Assembly (NCBI GenBank): GCA_964430295.1
Contig: CAYSEV010000004.1
Span: 1 to 60,820 of the forward strand
From: an uncultured Gammaproteobacteria bacterium
Lineage (GTDB): Bacteria > Patescibacteriota > Microgenomatia > UBA10105 > UBA927
Length of the DNA stretch: 60,820 nucleotides
Reading direction: 5' to 3'
Position 1 is the first letter of the stretch. The number at the start of each line of letters is the position of its first letter. The translations under genes were made by a program, and so were the position numbers. A model generated the notes under the pieces. That model saw nothing but the letters and a program-made list of their open reading frames with translations. It did no database searches and had not been told where the DNA came from. Shown here one piece after another: positions 17,111-26,431 of this stretch.

Positions 17111-18679
17111 TTATGCATTTTCTTTTTTATCTGTTGCAACGCGCTTTATAGGAAGTGTAAACATAAACGTTGATCCTGTACCAACAGTACTTTCAACACT
17201 TATTTTCCCACCCAAGCGTTCAACTATAAGTTTACAGATGTACAGTCCTAGACCTGTTCCTTCCTGCGATCTGGATAATGATGGTTCTAACTGAGAAAAT
17301 TTATTAAATAGTCTGTGAATTGATTCCGGAGGAATACCCTGTCCATGATCAGAGACTTTCACTATAACCATATCATCCGGTTCATCGTGAGTAACTTGTA
17401 CGGTAATTTCCTGATTTTCAGGGCCATATTTTACCGCATTATCCACTAGATTGATGATCACTTCAGAGATCTGAGCTTTATCTGTCTCTATGTGAATGTC
17501 GTCAGGAGGTAAACTCATTTGAAGGGTATACTTTTTTTTCTGATTCAATGTCTGAAGCTCCGGGATCAGTGACTGAAAGAATGTGTTTACGGAAACCGGT
17601 TCTAAATGAATGATATCTTTACCGCTTTCAAAACGTGTTACTGTCAGGATTCGCTTCACTACATTTTTCAGACGTATACCCTCTTCAAAAATGATAGCAG
17701 GATATGCGGAAACAGATTCAGGAATTTCTGACTTTTTACTCTTCATTAAATCGCTCAAAGCTATAATGGAAGTCAGTGGTGTCTTTAATTCATGGGCTAC
17801 AATATTTAAAAATTCGTCCTTTAACTGATCCAGTTGTTTGAGATGGAAGATATCTATTTCTGCTTTTTTCAAGTCACTGATATCTTCTCCTGTACATAAA
17901 TATGACTGTACTGTTCCAGTCTTGTCTTTGATTGCTGTACTTCCCCACGTAATAAATTTTGGTTTTCCTGTTTTTGTAACAAGCGAATACTCAAAATACG
18001 CACTTTCACCTTTTGGATTTGTAACACTCTCCAAAAAAATATCAAGCGTATAATTTTTATTTTTTGCCAGGACATCTGTGATCCAATTTTTCCCTATCAG
18101 TTCACCATCATGATATTCAAGAAGTACATGCCCCCGATTATTTAAATAAAGGATTTTTCCTTTTTTATCTATAACAAGTACAATTCTGCCAATAACTTCA
18201 AAATATTTCTCGAGTGTTTGTTTTTCCTGCCGCAACTGATGTTCAACTTTTTTCCGTTCTGTAATTTCATGTATGAACCAAATTCTGCCAATAGGATGAT
18301 TTTCTTCATCTAATAATGGGGTACAATAAAAGTCTATGTATCTCCCATCAGCACATTCAACTTCAAATTTATTTTTCGCATCTGCTGTATCTGAAATGCG
18401 AGAAATATGTTCACGAAATTTCTCCGGATGAAGCATGAGGGGCTGAAAAGACACCAATATGTTCAGTTGTTGAGCAGGTACATCACTGTGAAGCAGCAGA
18501 TGCCACAATTTATGAAATGTATCATTTGTAAAAATGATACGACCATCGGTATCTTCAATAAGTATCCCTTCCGGAGAATACTTAAGTGCAGATAATAATG
18601 GACCTTGTAAATTACCACACGAAACACTATCAACGAGCGTCTTATGTTCACCGGTATTATTGGAGGATGCAATAGACAT
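17111..18679 (-). CDS. cytoplasmic PAS-domain sensor histidine kinase
   Basis: 522-aa ORF with no TM. Two PAS-like segments are followed by the H-box AHELKTPLT, the N box DNAVKYG, and G boxes DHGQGI and GTGLGL. Confidence 0.9.
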   Translation of the reverse strand: MSIASSNNTGEHKTLVDSVSCGNLQGPLLSALKYSPEGILIEDTDGRIIFTNDTFHKLWHLLLHSDVPAQQLNILVSFQPLMLHPEKFREHISRISDTADAKNKFEVECADGRYIDFYCTPLLDEENHPIGRIWFIHEITERKKVEHQLRQEKQTLEKYFEVIGRIVLVIDKKGKILYLNNRGHVLLEYHDGELIGKNWITDVLAKNKNYTLDIFLESVTNPKGESAYFEYSLVTKTGKPKFITWGSTAIKDKTGTVQSYLCTGEDISDLKKAEIDIFHLKQLDQLKDEFLNIVAHELKTPLTSIIALSDLMKSKKSEIPESVSAYPAIIFEEGIRLKNVVKRILTVTRFESGKDIIHLEPVSVNTFFQSLIPELQTLNQKKKYTLQMSLPPDDIHIETDKAQISEVIINLVDNAVKYGPENQEITVQVTHDEPDDMVIVKVSDHGQGIPPESIHRLFNKFSQLEPSLSRSQEGTGLGLYICKLIVERLGGKISVESTVGTGSTFMFTLPIKRVATDKKENA

Positions 18680-18702
18680 ATATACTAGACAATTTGCCCA
18701 CG

Positions 18703-19092
18703 CTACACAGTCCTAATACTTGCATTCACTTTTGCGATTAAATCATCAACAGTAAAAGGCTTTTCAAGAACATTCGCAATCAGTTTTAATTCAGAAAACT
18801 CTTTTAATGATGCTTGAAATTCCTGAGATAATACAGGAAGTGCTGAGATAAGCAACACCGGAATCTTTTTCAGCTGATCATCTGTCATCATGACTTTGCA
18901 GACATCTATCCCGCTCATTTCGGGCATCATGATGTCCAGGATAAGAAGATTAAATAGGTCCCCTACTGCCATTTTCTGTAATCCTTCTTTTCCGCTATGT
19001 GCAATTTCAACCTGATAATCCGTTTTTGTAACAATAACGGCTTTTATTGTCTCAACTGTATTACTATCGTTATCTACAATAAGTATTCGCAT
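18703..19092 (-). CDS. single-domain (CheY-like) response regulator
   Basis: 129-aa ORF containing a receiver domain only (VDND..., LLILDIMMP, ...SALP). Confidence 0.85.
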   Translation of the reverse strand: MRILIVDNDSNTVETIKAVIVTKTDYQVEIAHSGKEGLQKMAVGDLFNLLILDIMMPEMSGIDVCKVMMTDDQLKKIPVLLISALPVLSQEFQASLKEFSELKLIANVLEKPFTVDDLIAKVNASIRTV

Positions 19093-19118
19093 GCTTATTC
19101 CTCCTTCGTGTATTCCTG

Positions 19119-20507
19119 CTATTTTTTATGAAAATACTTTTCTAGTGATGTTAAATTTTCGTTAACAGATTCGGCGTCTCCAATTTTTTTATCTTTAACA
19201 TATTGCTCCACTTTTATTTTTCTTTTAAACACATTCTTATATCGTATATATAAGACAGCTACTACTTCCGATGGGTCCTTGGTAATAGATATGATCCTAC
19301 CATTTTTTTTGTCTACTACCAAACCTGCCACAGCATCAGCCAGTGCATATGCACGATCTCCTATAGAATCATGCATTTGTGTAATCATATCATCTATAAT
19401 TTCGTAGTATACACGTTCCGCAGGGGGGATCTTTGCGTACTTATCTTTATTTTTCTTATATATATAGAACGCATAGGAACATGCTGCTGTCATGAATATG
19501 AAGAATATCCATTTCAATGCTAAGAAGATTCTGCTGACGAATATTCCAAGCACCTTCGGTTCAACTATAATCTGAAACTTCATCGCTTCTGCAAATACTT
19601 GATCTCCACGCAATACGTTTGCGGAGATTGTGTACTCTCCGGGCTTGTAATCAACCGGTATTTGTATTGATTCATATTCCGTCATAGGATTTACGGTACT
19701 GAGTATACGGGCTTCCTCAACTGCATTCCCATTTATTGCTAGCACGCGATATTGGACAGAAAAATCTGAAGGAGAATAATTGCCATATAACATGAAAGAA
19801 ATTGGTAGTAATACGGACTCACCCGGAGCAGCATGTACACTGATAGATTTTTTATTTGTGGACACCAAAAGAGATGTATTAGCAGCATTTGCTGATACGG
19901 CCTTCGTATAACAGATACGCATCCGAATATTGTTTACATACCCCACTATTGTTTTTGGTGAACTCTCTATATTCTGTTGCCGCTCCTTAACATCAACTGT
20001 AATACTGACGATACTGGCATCTATAGGAATATGAAATCCAAAATCAGAAGCGCGTAGAAATTGACTTGTGACGATACCGTTCCCAACCTGCAAGGCAAAT
20101 CCAAAATCAGGATTATTCACATCTGACGCGTTAATATTGTTTTTCCATGCATCATTGTCGTATCTTACAAATGCAGCATTCGTCGGCAATGGATTGTTGT
20201 GAGCTGCATTAGCAGCACTTATATTTCCACCAGGAAGCAAAAGTCTGGCAGCTACATCTTTTAATTCTGAGGTCGAGTGCATATCTACATCTGATTCGGC
20301 CAGATCATCTGCAGATATATAATATGTGTTATTCCATTGTGCATTTCCGGGAGCAGATTGTCCCTGCACACGAGGAGAAACAGACTGTTCACATACCCTT
20401 GTTAACGTTTCCTGTGATAATACTGTAACACTGTCCGCATGCACAGGCCATGGAATGCTACAAAACAAAATGCATCCAATTGCAATATTTTTATATACGT
20501 GTTTCAT
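19119..20507 (-). CDS. hypothetical bitopic surface protein
   Basis: 462-aa ORF with a signal peptide, a ~300-aa external region ending in an Ig-like beta-rich stretch, one TM (IFLALKWIFFIFMTAACSYAFYIY) and a ~110-aa cytoplasmic tail. It is the first gene of the RR-HK string. Confidence 0.6.
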   Translation of the reverse strand: MKHVYKNIAIGCILFCSIPWPVHADSVTVLSQETLTRVCEQSVSPRVQGQSAPGNAQWNNTYYISADDLAESDVDMHSTSELKDVAARLLLPGGNISAANAAHNNPLPTNAAFVRYDNDAWKNNINASDVNNPDFGFALQVGNGIVTSQFLRASDFGFHIPIDASIVSITVDVKERQQNIESSPKTIVGYVNNIRMRICYTKAVSANAANTSLLVSTNKKSISVHAAPGESVLLPISFMLYGNYSPSDFSVQYRVLAINGNAVEEARILSTVNPMTEYESIQIPVDYKPGEYTISANVLRGDQVFAEAMKFQIIVEPKVLGIFVSRIFLALKWIFFIFMTAACSYAFYIYKKNKDKYAKIPPAERVYYEIIDDMITQMHDSIGDRAYALADAVAGLVVDKKNGRIISITKDPSEVVAVLYIRYKNVFKRKIKVEQYVKDKKIGDAESVNENLTSLEKYFHKK

Positions 20508-20741
20508 AGCATATCACTATCAATACAGCTAGTATGACATGTATGGAAAAACAATCAAGAGAATCTGTCTCTGTTGCCTATTTTTTTATACATCTGACAC
20601 ACATGCATGTTCGATCTTCACAAAATTTATAAATAAAATTCATAGAAATCAAAGACGTGATACTATATAGATACAGAAAGGAGACATTGTAGGTATCTAC
20701 AATACATCTGTATTTAAGGAAAATCTACAACAATAAACACT

Positions 20742-20939
20742 ATGACAGGCACCGTGAAAACAAAAACAGATCGAGGATTTGGATTTATCAGCCGTGAGGG
20801 TGAAGCGAAAGATTTATTCTTTCATTCAAAAGAATTGAATGGAGTAACATTTGACGAACTTCAGGTTGGCGCAACTGTAACATTTGATGTTGCTGATGGA
20901 GAAAAAGGTCCATTTGCAAAAAATGTGAAACTCGCGTAA
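20742..20939 (+). CDS. cold-shock domain protein
   Basis: 65-aa ORF with RNP1-like GFGFI and RNP2-like FFH motifs. A ~200-nt 5' leader precedes it. Confidence 0.92.
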   Translation: MTGTVKTKTDRGFGFISREGEAKDLFFHSKELNGVTFDELQVGATVTFDVADGEKGPFAKNVKLA

Positions 20940-20958
20940 ATGTTACGTCGATTTGTAT

Positions 20959-20987
20959 AAAAAGCCCTACATTCTGTGGGGCTTTTT
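20959..20987. terminator. bidirectional intrinsic terminator between csp and the convergent 92-aa ORF
   Basis: AAAAGCCCTAC-ATTCT-GTGGGGCTTTTT, with A-run and T-run flanks. Confidence 0.75.
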
Positions 20988-21264
20988 AGTGTATAGAAGA
21001 GGTGAGCTTCTGAGCAATATCATCTATGGCTTTTGCCCATTTCACCCGATCGGATAAGCCAGCGTTATATTCTTTTTCCAACCGGTCGTACTGCTTACAA
21101 CATGTTGAAAAGATTGCAGAAAACGCCGGGTTCAGTGGAAACGTCAACAATGCGTTTATATTTTTACGGATAAGCCCAATAAATAAGTCTATTCGCTTTT
21201 GTTCCTGTGGAAAACTTTTTCTGGTCCATTCACTCACCTGAACAAGATTCTCTACGGTATCCAA
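20986..21264 (-). CDS. hypothetical helical protein
   Basis: 92-aa ORF with no recognisable motif. Confidence 0.4.
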   Translation of the reverse strand: MDTVENLVQVSEWTRKSFPQEQKRIDLFIGLIRKNINALLTFPLNPAFSAIFSTCCKQYDRLEKEYNAGLSDRVKWAKAIDDIAQKLTSSIH

Positions 21265-21338
21265 TACGAGATCCCGCTGGTTTTTTTCCGAAAAATTGCT
21301 GGCAGAATTATGTTGTATTATGTTCGTAGTATACCATT

Positions 21339-21389
21339 TTCTATAAGATATTTATAGAATCAAATATGCCTATCAGTACGTGATATAAT
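21339..21389 (+). promoter_or_regulatory. 8-5-8 inverted repeat TTCTATAA-GATAT-TTATAGAA plus extended -10 (TGATATAAT) upstream of pdxS
   Basis: Perfect palindrome at 21339-21359. TGaTATAAT at 21381-21389. There is no Shine-Dalgarno sequence before the ATG at 21393/21399. Confidence 0.45.
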
Positions 21390-21392
21390 AGA

Positions 21393-22289
21393 ATGTATAT
21401 GAAAACTCAAGGAACCCCTACAATAAAAAAAGGACTCGCGCAAATGTTAAAAGGTGGCGTCATTATGGACGTCGTGAATGCCAAACAGGCGGAAATCGCC
21501 GAAAAAGCTGGTGCAGTGGCTGTTATGGCACTGGAACGTGTTCCCTCTGATATCCGTGCTGATGGCGGAGTTGCTCGCATGAGTGATCCATCTAAAATAA
21601 AAGAAATTCAGGCAGCCGTAACAATTCCTGTTATGGCAAAATGCCGTATTGGACATTTTGTAGAAGCACAGGTATTGGAAGCACTTGGTGTAGATTTTAT
21701 AGATGAAAGTGAGGTGCTCACACCCGCAGATGAACAATTCCACATAGATAAATCTCCATTCACTGTTCCCTTTGTCTGCGGATCCCGTGATCTTGGAGAA
21801 GCGCTCCGTCGAATTCAGGAAGGCGCAGCTATGATTCGGACAAAAGGTGAAGCGGGATCAGGTAATATTGTTGAAGCGGTTCGACACATCCGTACGGTAC
21901 AAACAGGGATACATGAACTCGTTTCTCTGTTGGCAAAAAAGCAGACAGCAAAATTAAAAAATCTTGCGGTACAATATCGCGTTTCATACGATCTTGTAAT
22001 AAAAACTGCCACGCTTGGACGGCTCCCGGTAGTCAACTTTGCTGCAGGTGGTGTTGCAACACCCTCCGATGCAGCACTGTGTATGCAGCTTGGCGTGGAC
22101 GGTGTTTTTGTAGGATCCGGAATTTTCAAAAGTAGTAATCCAGAAAAATATGCACGTGCGGTTGTCGATGCCGTTGCACATTATACAGATGCAAAGGAAA
22201 TCGCCCGCGTCAGTGAAAACTTGGGAGGGGCGATGAAAGGCCTCGAAATCTCGACACTGGAAACAAAAATGGCATCACGAGGTATATAA
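21393..22289 (+). CDS. pdxS: pyridoxal 5'-phosphate synthase lyase subunit PdxS
   Basis: 298-aa ORF with highly conserved PdxS sequence ([20 protein letters not shown]-like, [20 protein letters not shown]-like). The start may be the ATG at 21399. Confidence 0.97.
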   Translation: MYMKTQGTPTIKKGLAQMLKGGVIMDVVNAKQAEIAEKAGAVAVMALERVPSDIRADGGVARMSDPSKIKEIQAAVTIPVMAKCRIGHFVEAQVLEALGVDFIDESEVLTPADEQFHIDKSPFTVPFVCGSRDLGEALRRIQEGAAMIRTKGEAGSGNIVEAVRHIRTVQTGIHELVSLLAKKQTAKLKNLAVQYRVSYDLVIKTATLGRLPVVNFAAGGVATPSDAALCMQLGVDGVFVGSGIFKSSNPEKYARAVVDAVAHYTDAKEIARVSENLGGAMKGLEISTLETKMASRGI

Positions 22290-22294
22290 CCTAT

Positions 22295-22891
22295 ATGACA
22301 TTGCCTATTGGTGTTCTCTCTTTTCATGGAGATGTCGTGGAACATATAGAAGCGACGCAAGAAGCTGCAAAGAAATTGAAGGTCGCAGCACGAGTAATTC
22401 CTGTTCGAACAAAAGAAGTACTTAGAACTGTAACTGCTCTTATTATCCCCGGCGGTGAAAGTACTACACTGCATAAGCTCTGTGTACGAGAACAGATGTG
22501 GGACGATATGAAAACGTTGCCTTATATATTTGGTACCTGTGCCGGCGCAATTATGCTTGCTGACGATGTGCGTCATAAAGCAGAAGGTCAAGACACACTG
22601 AGGCGCATGCATATATCCATAGACAGAAATGCATACGGCAGACAGACTGATTCATTTGAAGAGCCACTCGAAACAGAACTTGGGACGGTTTCCGCAGTGT
22701 ATATCCGTGCACCAAAAATTCTACAGGTGAAAAGAGGCGTACACATATTAGCCAAACGAGGCGTTGATATCTTGGCGTGTGAAGAAACAGGGACAAACAG
22801 GTACAGTATTGCTACATGTTTTCATCCGGAGCTAACCACAACGGTGTTTCATGAGTACTTTATCAAACAGATACAAAAAGGACATAGATAA
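22295..22891 (+). CDS. pdxT: PLP synthase glutaminase subunit PdxT
   Basis: 198-aa ORF with GVLSFHGD, IIPGGESTT, GTCAG (catalytic Cys) and FHPE motifs. Confidence 0.93.
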   Translation: MTLPIGVLSFHGDVVEHIEATQEAAKKLKVAARVIPVRTKEVLRTVTALIIPGGESTTLHKLCVREQMWDDMKTLPYIFGTCAGAIMLADDVRHKAEGQDTLRRMHISIDRNAYGRQTDSFEEPLETELGTVSAVYIRAPKILQVKRGVHILAKRGVDILACEETGTNRYSIATCFHPELTTTVFHEYFIKQIQKGHR

Positions 22892-22961
22892 TTTCAGACA
22901 AAAATCCCCTCACGTGTGATATACTCACAACATTCAATACATGTGATCTAAAAATACCTTC

Positions 22962-23903
22962 ATGCATACCGCTGCACGATCATCAGAGAAACAGCCTCCT
23001 ATTATCCGATACGCAGTATATATTGTATTGTTAGTTGGTTGTATTTTTCTGATTAAATCTCTTATTCCAAGTTCTAAAACTGTTATATCCCCCATTCCAG
23101 ACGCATCTGGGAAAAAGACTACATTTTTACAATTTTTCAAAAAAGAAAAAAATCCAAATGTACTAAAAGAGCGAATTAAGCAGACAGTAAATAATGAATG
23201 GACAAATTATTCTGTATTGGTAAAAGATTTACATTCTGATTTCTCAGCCGGAATTAATGACTCTCTTATCTATAATGCTGCATCTGTAAATAAGGTGCCT
23301 ATTCTTGCAGCGATCTATGATAAGGCAAAACAGGGACAAATAGATTTTGACAGGATAGTAACCCTTCAGGCCGAGGATATACAGGATTATGGAACCGGAA
23401 AAATACGATACGATCCACCAGGTACAACATACTCTGTGAAGACACTTGTTCAGCTCATGATGCAAAAAAGCGACAACACAGCTGCATTTATATTGGGGAA
23501 CTATGTAGTGAATTTACAGGATGTGCAGTCTTATGTAAATTCATTGGGCATGGCACAAACAGACATAGTCGATAACAAAACATCTAATAAAGACATGGCA
23601 TTGTTATTTCAAAAAATATATCAGAAACAAATAACAACCCCGGCGTTATCCGAAGAACTTTTGGGATTGTTAACAGACAGTGATTTCGAGGATCGTTTAC
23701 CTGCACTTTTACCAAAAGAATCGATTGTGTATCACAAAATAGGCACAGGTACAGGTGCGGTCCATGATGTTGGCATAGTTGTGCATGGAAACACAGCGTA
23801 TTACGTTGGTATATTTACCAGTGATATCACAGATGAAGAACAGGCTGCCGCGCTTATGGCAAAAGTGTCCAAAACGATCTACGACTTTATGTACGAAAAG
23901 TAA
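22962..23903 (+). CDS. membrane-anchored class A beta-lactamase-like serine hydrolase
   Basis: 313-aa ORF with an N-terminal TM, SxxK (ASVNK), SDN (KSDNTA) and a KTG-like motif (HKIGTG). Confidence 0.7.
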   Translation: MHTAARSSEKQPPIIRYAVYIVLLVGCIFLIKSLIPSSKTVISPIPDASGKKTTFLQFFKKEKNPNVLKERIKQTVNNEWTNYSVLVKDLHSDFSAGINDSLIYNAASVNKVPILAAIYDKAKQGQIDFDRIVTLQAEDIQDYGTGKIRYDPPGTTYSVKTLVQLMMQKSDNTAAFILGNYVVNLQDVQSYVNSLGMAQTDIVDNKTSNKDMALLFQKIYQKQITTPALSEELLGLLTDSDFEDRLPALLPKESIVYHKIGTGTGAVHDVGIVVHGNTAYYVGIFTSDITDEEQAAALMAKVSKTIYDFMYEK

Positions 23904-23906
23904 AAC

Positions 23907-26345
23907 TTATTTCGCAGCTTTCAGCGGCTTGGATAATGCTACGTTCAGCACTTCATCTATATGATCCACAAAGTGAAATTCCAATTCATCTTGAACGACT
24001 TTTGGAATGTCTTCGAGATCTTTTTTATTATTCTTCGGTAAGATCACAGTCTTTATCCCAGCTCTATGTGCTGCGATGACTTTTTCTTTTACCCCGCCGA
24101 TTTCAAGAACGCGGCCTCGAAGTGTAATTTCCCCTGTCATTGCAACTGTTCGTTTTGCCGGAATTTTCGTCAGTGCAGACACGATAGCCGTAGTAATTGC
24201 TGCTCCAGCTGACGGGCCATCTTTTGGAACCGCCCCTTCAGGAACGTGTACATGTATGTCTACTTTTTGGAAAAACTTTTCTGAAAGCCCAAGCATCTTC
24301 CAATGGCTTCGTACATATGAAAGTGCTGCCTGCGCAGATTCTTTCATGACATCCCCTAATTGACCTGTCAGCGTTATAGCACCCCGACCAGGCATAAGCG
24401 CAGCTTCTATAAAGAGGATATCCCCACCGGCTTCAGTCCAAGCCATCCCTGTTGTCATACCGATTTCATCGGTTTTCTCTGCCAAGTACGAGGTGAATTT
24501 ATACGGCCCCAAATATTCATGAAGCGTCTTTTCTGAAATAGCGAATGTCGGGGATGTAGTATCTGATTCTGCAATCTTTTTTGCCACTTTTCTAAATACG
24601 GTTGCGGTCTGCCGCTCTAGACTTCGAACACCTGCTTCGCGGGTATATCGGCGTATGATTTCATAAATAGCATCATCCGTAAGGTCAACGACATTTTTCG
24701 GTACACCATGAATTTCGCGCTGTTTTTCATATAAATAATCTTTTGCTATATGAAATTTTTCATCTTCTGTGTATCCTGCAAATCGAATCACCTCTAAGCG
24801 ATCGCGAAGTGCTGATGGGATACTATCCAGTACATTACAGGTCGTAACAAAAAATACATCAGATAAATCAAACGGTACTTCCAGATAATGATCAGAGAAC
24901 ATGTAGTTTTGTTCAGGATCTAATGCTTCAAGAAGCGCAGATGATGGATCGCCTCTAAAATCCGTACCGACTTTATCGATTTCATCGAGCATAAAGACTG
25001 GGTTCTTTGTTCCTGCCTGCTTAATTCCCTGAATAATACGCCCCGGAAGAGCACCTACATATGTGCGTCTGTGTCCACGGATTTCTGCTTCATCTCTGAC
25101 GCCTCCCAAAGACATTTTAACGAACTTCCGTCCTAATGCTTTGGCGATTGATTTTCCAATAGATGTCTTTCCTACCCCCGGTGGTCCTACAAAACATAAT
25201 ATCGTCGGAGATCCCTTAATCTTGTGTTTTTGGGTGGTATCCTTTACACCTTTTTCTGATGATTTTGGTTTTTCTGCGTCGAGTTTATCTTGTTGTGAGC
25301 GGAGCTTTATAACGGCTAGGTATTCCAAAATACGTTCTTTTATTTTCTTCAGACCATAATGATCCGTATTGAGTACATCTTCCGCATCTTTGATATTTAC
25401 AGTATTTGCAGTTGAGACATTCCATGGTAATTCAACCAACGTATCCAGATAGTTGCGAACATATGATGCTTCTGGATTATACGGAGACATCTGAGATAAT
25501 TTACGAAGTTCCTTTTCTGCTTTTTCGCGTACTTCAGTAGGCATAGCAGCCTTTTTGATTTTGTCTGCAAGTTCTTTTATTTCTTTGTTTTCTTCATTCT
25601 CGCCCAATTCTTTTTCGATTGTCTTCATGCGTTCACGAAGTACTTGTTCCCTAACGTTTTTATCGAATTTTTCCTGAGTTTTATTTGCAATTTTCTTTTC
25701 CAGTTCCAATATTTTTGTCTCTTTTGAAAGATAGGAAATTTCCCGTTCCAGTCGATCTTTTACATTTTGCATCTCTAAGAGTTCCTGTCGTTCACCTGGC
25801 TTTATGTCCAGTACGCCCGCTACATGATATGACAATGCAAGTGGAGAGATACCAGACATGATGTTCATAAACGTTAGAAAATCAATTGATTTTCCAAGCT
25901 TTACAGCAACCCGTAGTTCACTCGTCAGATGATTAAAAAGAGCCTGAAGCTCATCAGAATCCTCAGATGCATCTGTAATCTCTGTAACATTAGCCACAAA
26001 ATATGGTTCTACCGCCTCAAATGAGTCTATGGTAATTTTTGATACCCCTCGGACAAGTGCATTGATCTCCCCTTCATTCTTCATCATCTGTACAATCTCA
26101 CCAAGTGTAGCTGTCGCATATAGATCTGAGGCAGACGGGTCATTGATGTTCGGATTTTTCTGCATGACCAAGACTATCTTTTTTCCTGCAGCATACGCAG
26201 CTTCTATAGCAGAAACACTGCGCTGCCGTCCAAAGGTAAGGATCATCTCTGTCCCTGGGAATACGATTCCATCACGTATCGGGACAACCGGATATGCGTT
26301 CGTTGCTGTTTGTATTTGTTGTTCTGTCTGATCAAATTCATTCAT
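23907..26345 (-). CDS. lon: ATP-dependent Lon protease
   Basis: 812-aa ORF with a LON N-domain, AAA+ Walker A (GPPGVGKTS) and a proteolytic domain with PKDGPSAG (catalytic Ser). Confidence 0.97.
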   Translation of the reverse strand: MNEFDQTEQQIQTATNAYPVVPIRDGIVFPGTEMILTFGRQRSVSAIEAAYAAGKKIVLVMQKNPNINDPSASDLYATATLGEIVQMMKNEGEINALVRGVSKITIDSFEAVEPYFVANVTEITDASEDSDELQALFNHLTSELRVAVKLGKSIDFLTFMNIMSGISPLALSYHVAGVLDIKPGERQELLEMQNVKDRLEREISYLSKETKILELEKKIANKTQEKFDKNVREQVLRERMKTIEKELGENEENKEIKELADKIKKAAMPTEVREKAEKELRKLSQMSPYNPEASYVRNYLDTLVELPWNVSTANTVNIKDAEDVLNTDHYGLKKIKERILEYLAVIKLRSQQDKLDAEKPKSSEKGVKDTTQKHKIKGSPTILCFVGPPGVGKTSIGKSIAKALGRKFVKMSLGGVRDEAEIRGHRRTYVGALPGRIIQGIKQAGTKNPVFMLDEIDKVGTDFRGDPSSALLEALDPEQNYMFSDHYLEVPFDLSDVFFVTTCNVLDSIPSALRDRLEVIRFAGYTEDEKFHIAKDYLYEKQREIHGVPKNVVDLTDDAIYEIIRRYTREAGVRSLERQTATVFRKVAKKIAESDTTSPTFAISEKTLHEYLGPYKFTSYLAEKTDEIGMTTGMAWTEAGGDILFIEAALMPGRGAITLTGQLGDVMKESAQAALSYVRSHWKMLGLSEKFFQKVDIHVHVPEGAVPKDGPSAGAAITTAIVSALTKIPAKRTVAMTGEITLRGRVLEIGGVKEKVIAAHRAGIKTVILPKNNKKDLEDIPKVVQDELEFHFVDHIDEVLNVALSKPLKAAK

Positions 26346-26365
26346 AGTAATTTATGATAAATAAC

Positions 26366-26392
26366 ATTAGCACTCTATTTTAACAACTGCTA
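26366..26392. promoter_or_regulatory. CIRCE-like inverted repeat (HrcA operator type) upstream of lon
   Basis: TTAGCACTC-N9-AACTGCTAA compared with consensus TTAGCACTC-N9-GAGTGCTAA. The left arm matches 9/9 and the right arm 7/9. It lies 21-47 nt upstream of the lon ATG. Confidence 0.6.
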
Positions 26393-26431
26393 ATGGGTTC
26401 CGTCAACTAGGAAATTTATAGGCGCTGACAA

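Noticed and set aside
21447-22612. Several minus-strand ORFs (98-143 aa) across pdxS/pdxT
   Set aside because: They lie antisense to two of the most conserved genes in the window, and no features support them.
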